64,000 nt of DNA, taken from positions 62,001-126,000 of the IMG/VR virus record IMGVR_UViG_3300020473_000013. One strand, written 5' to 3'. Positions 63,394-64,000 of this stretch are shown here, in pieces (the first letter of the stretch is position 1; every line of letters starts with the position of its first letter). The position numbers were made by a program, and so were the translations under genes. Under the pieces are notes generated by a model. It searched no databases. It worked only from the letters and a program-made list of their open reading frames with translations, and was not told where the DNA came from.

Positions 63394-63537
63394 CCTAACG
63401 CTTCGACGTAACGACGAAGCGTAGCAGGCCGCCTACGCCTTAATTAAGCGGAATGGAGAGTGGGAACGAATCAAAGGGCTGCACGTCCATCACGATAACG
63501 CCGTGAAAACGGTATACGGAAACGAGAGGGTAACCTA

Positions 63538-64000
63538 ATGGATCGTAATCAAGCAATAGCAGGTAACATGATCGCGCTGGCGCGCCGCAAGAAAAAGAAG
63601 GGAAGCTCCCGCTCCCAGATGCTGCGCATGGTAATGCCGATGCTGAGCAGGGAACACGGAGAGAAGCTGGCGGCGGCTATCAAGGACAAGAACGTCACAA
63701 AGCTGCGCCATGTGTGGGACCAGATCAAGAATGATCTGTCTGACAAGCTGGCTGCCGAAGCGAGCGCTATCAACAAGGAAGCCTCGTTCGAGGAAGCGAT
63801 AACTAAAATCTTCGACGACTTGTTCGCGGACCTTGAGACCGCTCAGGCCTCCAACCGTGACCTGTCCAGCCTGTTCGTGGGAAGCTCCGTGATTCCCCGT
63901 CGTAGTCGGGAGCTGGTGGCCAACGGCCGGATCGAGCTTACAGACTACAAAGGCGACACGTTGAATGTTCGCCTGGCCTCGATCAAGGTGAAACAATCCG
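63538..64000 (+). CDS. Hypothetical protein, 5' part (runs off window)
   Basis: Open frame MDRNQAIAGNMIALARRKKK... to the window end; RBS GAGAGG. Confidence 0.6.
   Translation, partial: MDRNQAIAGNMIALARRKKKKGSSRSQMLRMVMPMLSREHGEKLAAAIKDKNVTKLRHVWDQIKNDLSDKLAAEASAINKEASFEEAITKIFDDLFADLETAQASNRDLSSLFVGSSVIPRRSRELVANGRIELTDYKGDTLNVRLASIKVKQS

Noticed and set aside
1-64000. Stop-codon reassignment
   Set aside because: Conserved genes are full length under the standard bacterial code and end in TAA, TAG and TGA

Overview
This window is a segment of a large, fairly GC-rich tailed dsDNA (jumbo) bacteriophage genome, almost entirely coded on the minus strand. Gene content and order suggest a phiRSL1/PaBG/Y3-like jumbo myovirus; this is inference, no search was run. 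It carries virion and packaging genes (SleB-type cell wall hydrolase, gp5-like spike, portal, large terminase). It also carries replication, recombination and repair genes (DnaB-like helicase, DnaG-like primase, gp32-type SSB, RecA, RuvC-like, Cas4-like exonuclease, type IIA topoisomerase A and B, HU, PC4-like, thermonuclease, DenV-like and MBD4-like glycosylases, NADAR). There are one clear and one possible sigma-like factor and many small accessory ORFs. No tRNA, rRNA or CRISPR array was found. Most notable observations: (1) an 8-copy regulatory cassette, an extended -10 promoter followed after exactly 41 bp (or 31-32 bp) by a bipartite TGGTNACGG-N7-TNAGGTTC motif; (2) an HNH homing-endonuclease cassette that stranded the original gyrB 5' end and supplied a replacement, with an RBS-sequestering hairpin; (3) a set of charge-segregated poly-acidic/basic disordered proteins with shared C-terminal motifs; (4) an N-terminal domain shared by a SprT protease and a KTSC protein; (5) a catalytically degenerate NAD-ligase-like gene beside a BRCT-like ORF. 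Several starts were moved from the ORF track to the RBS-supported codon.
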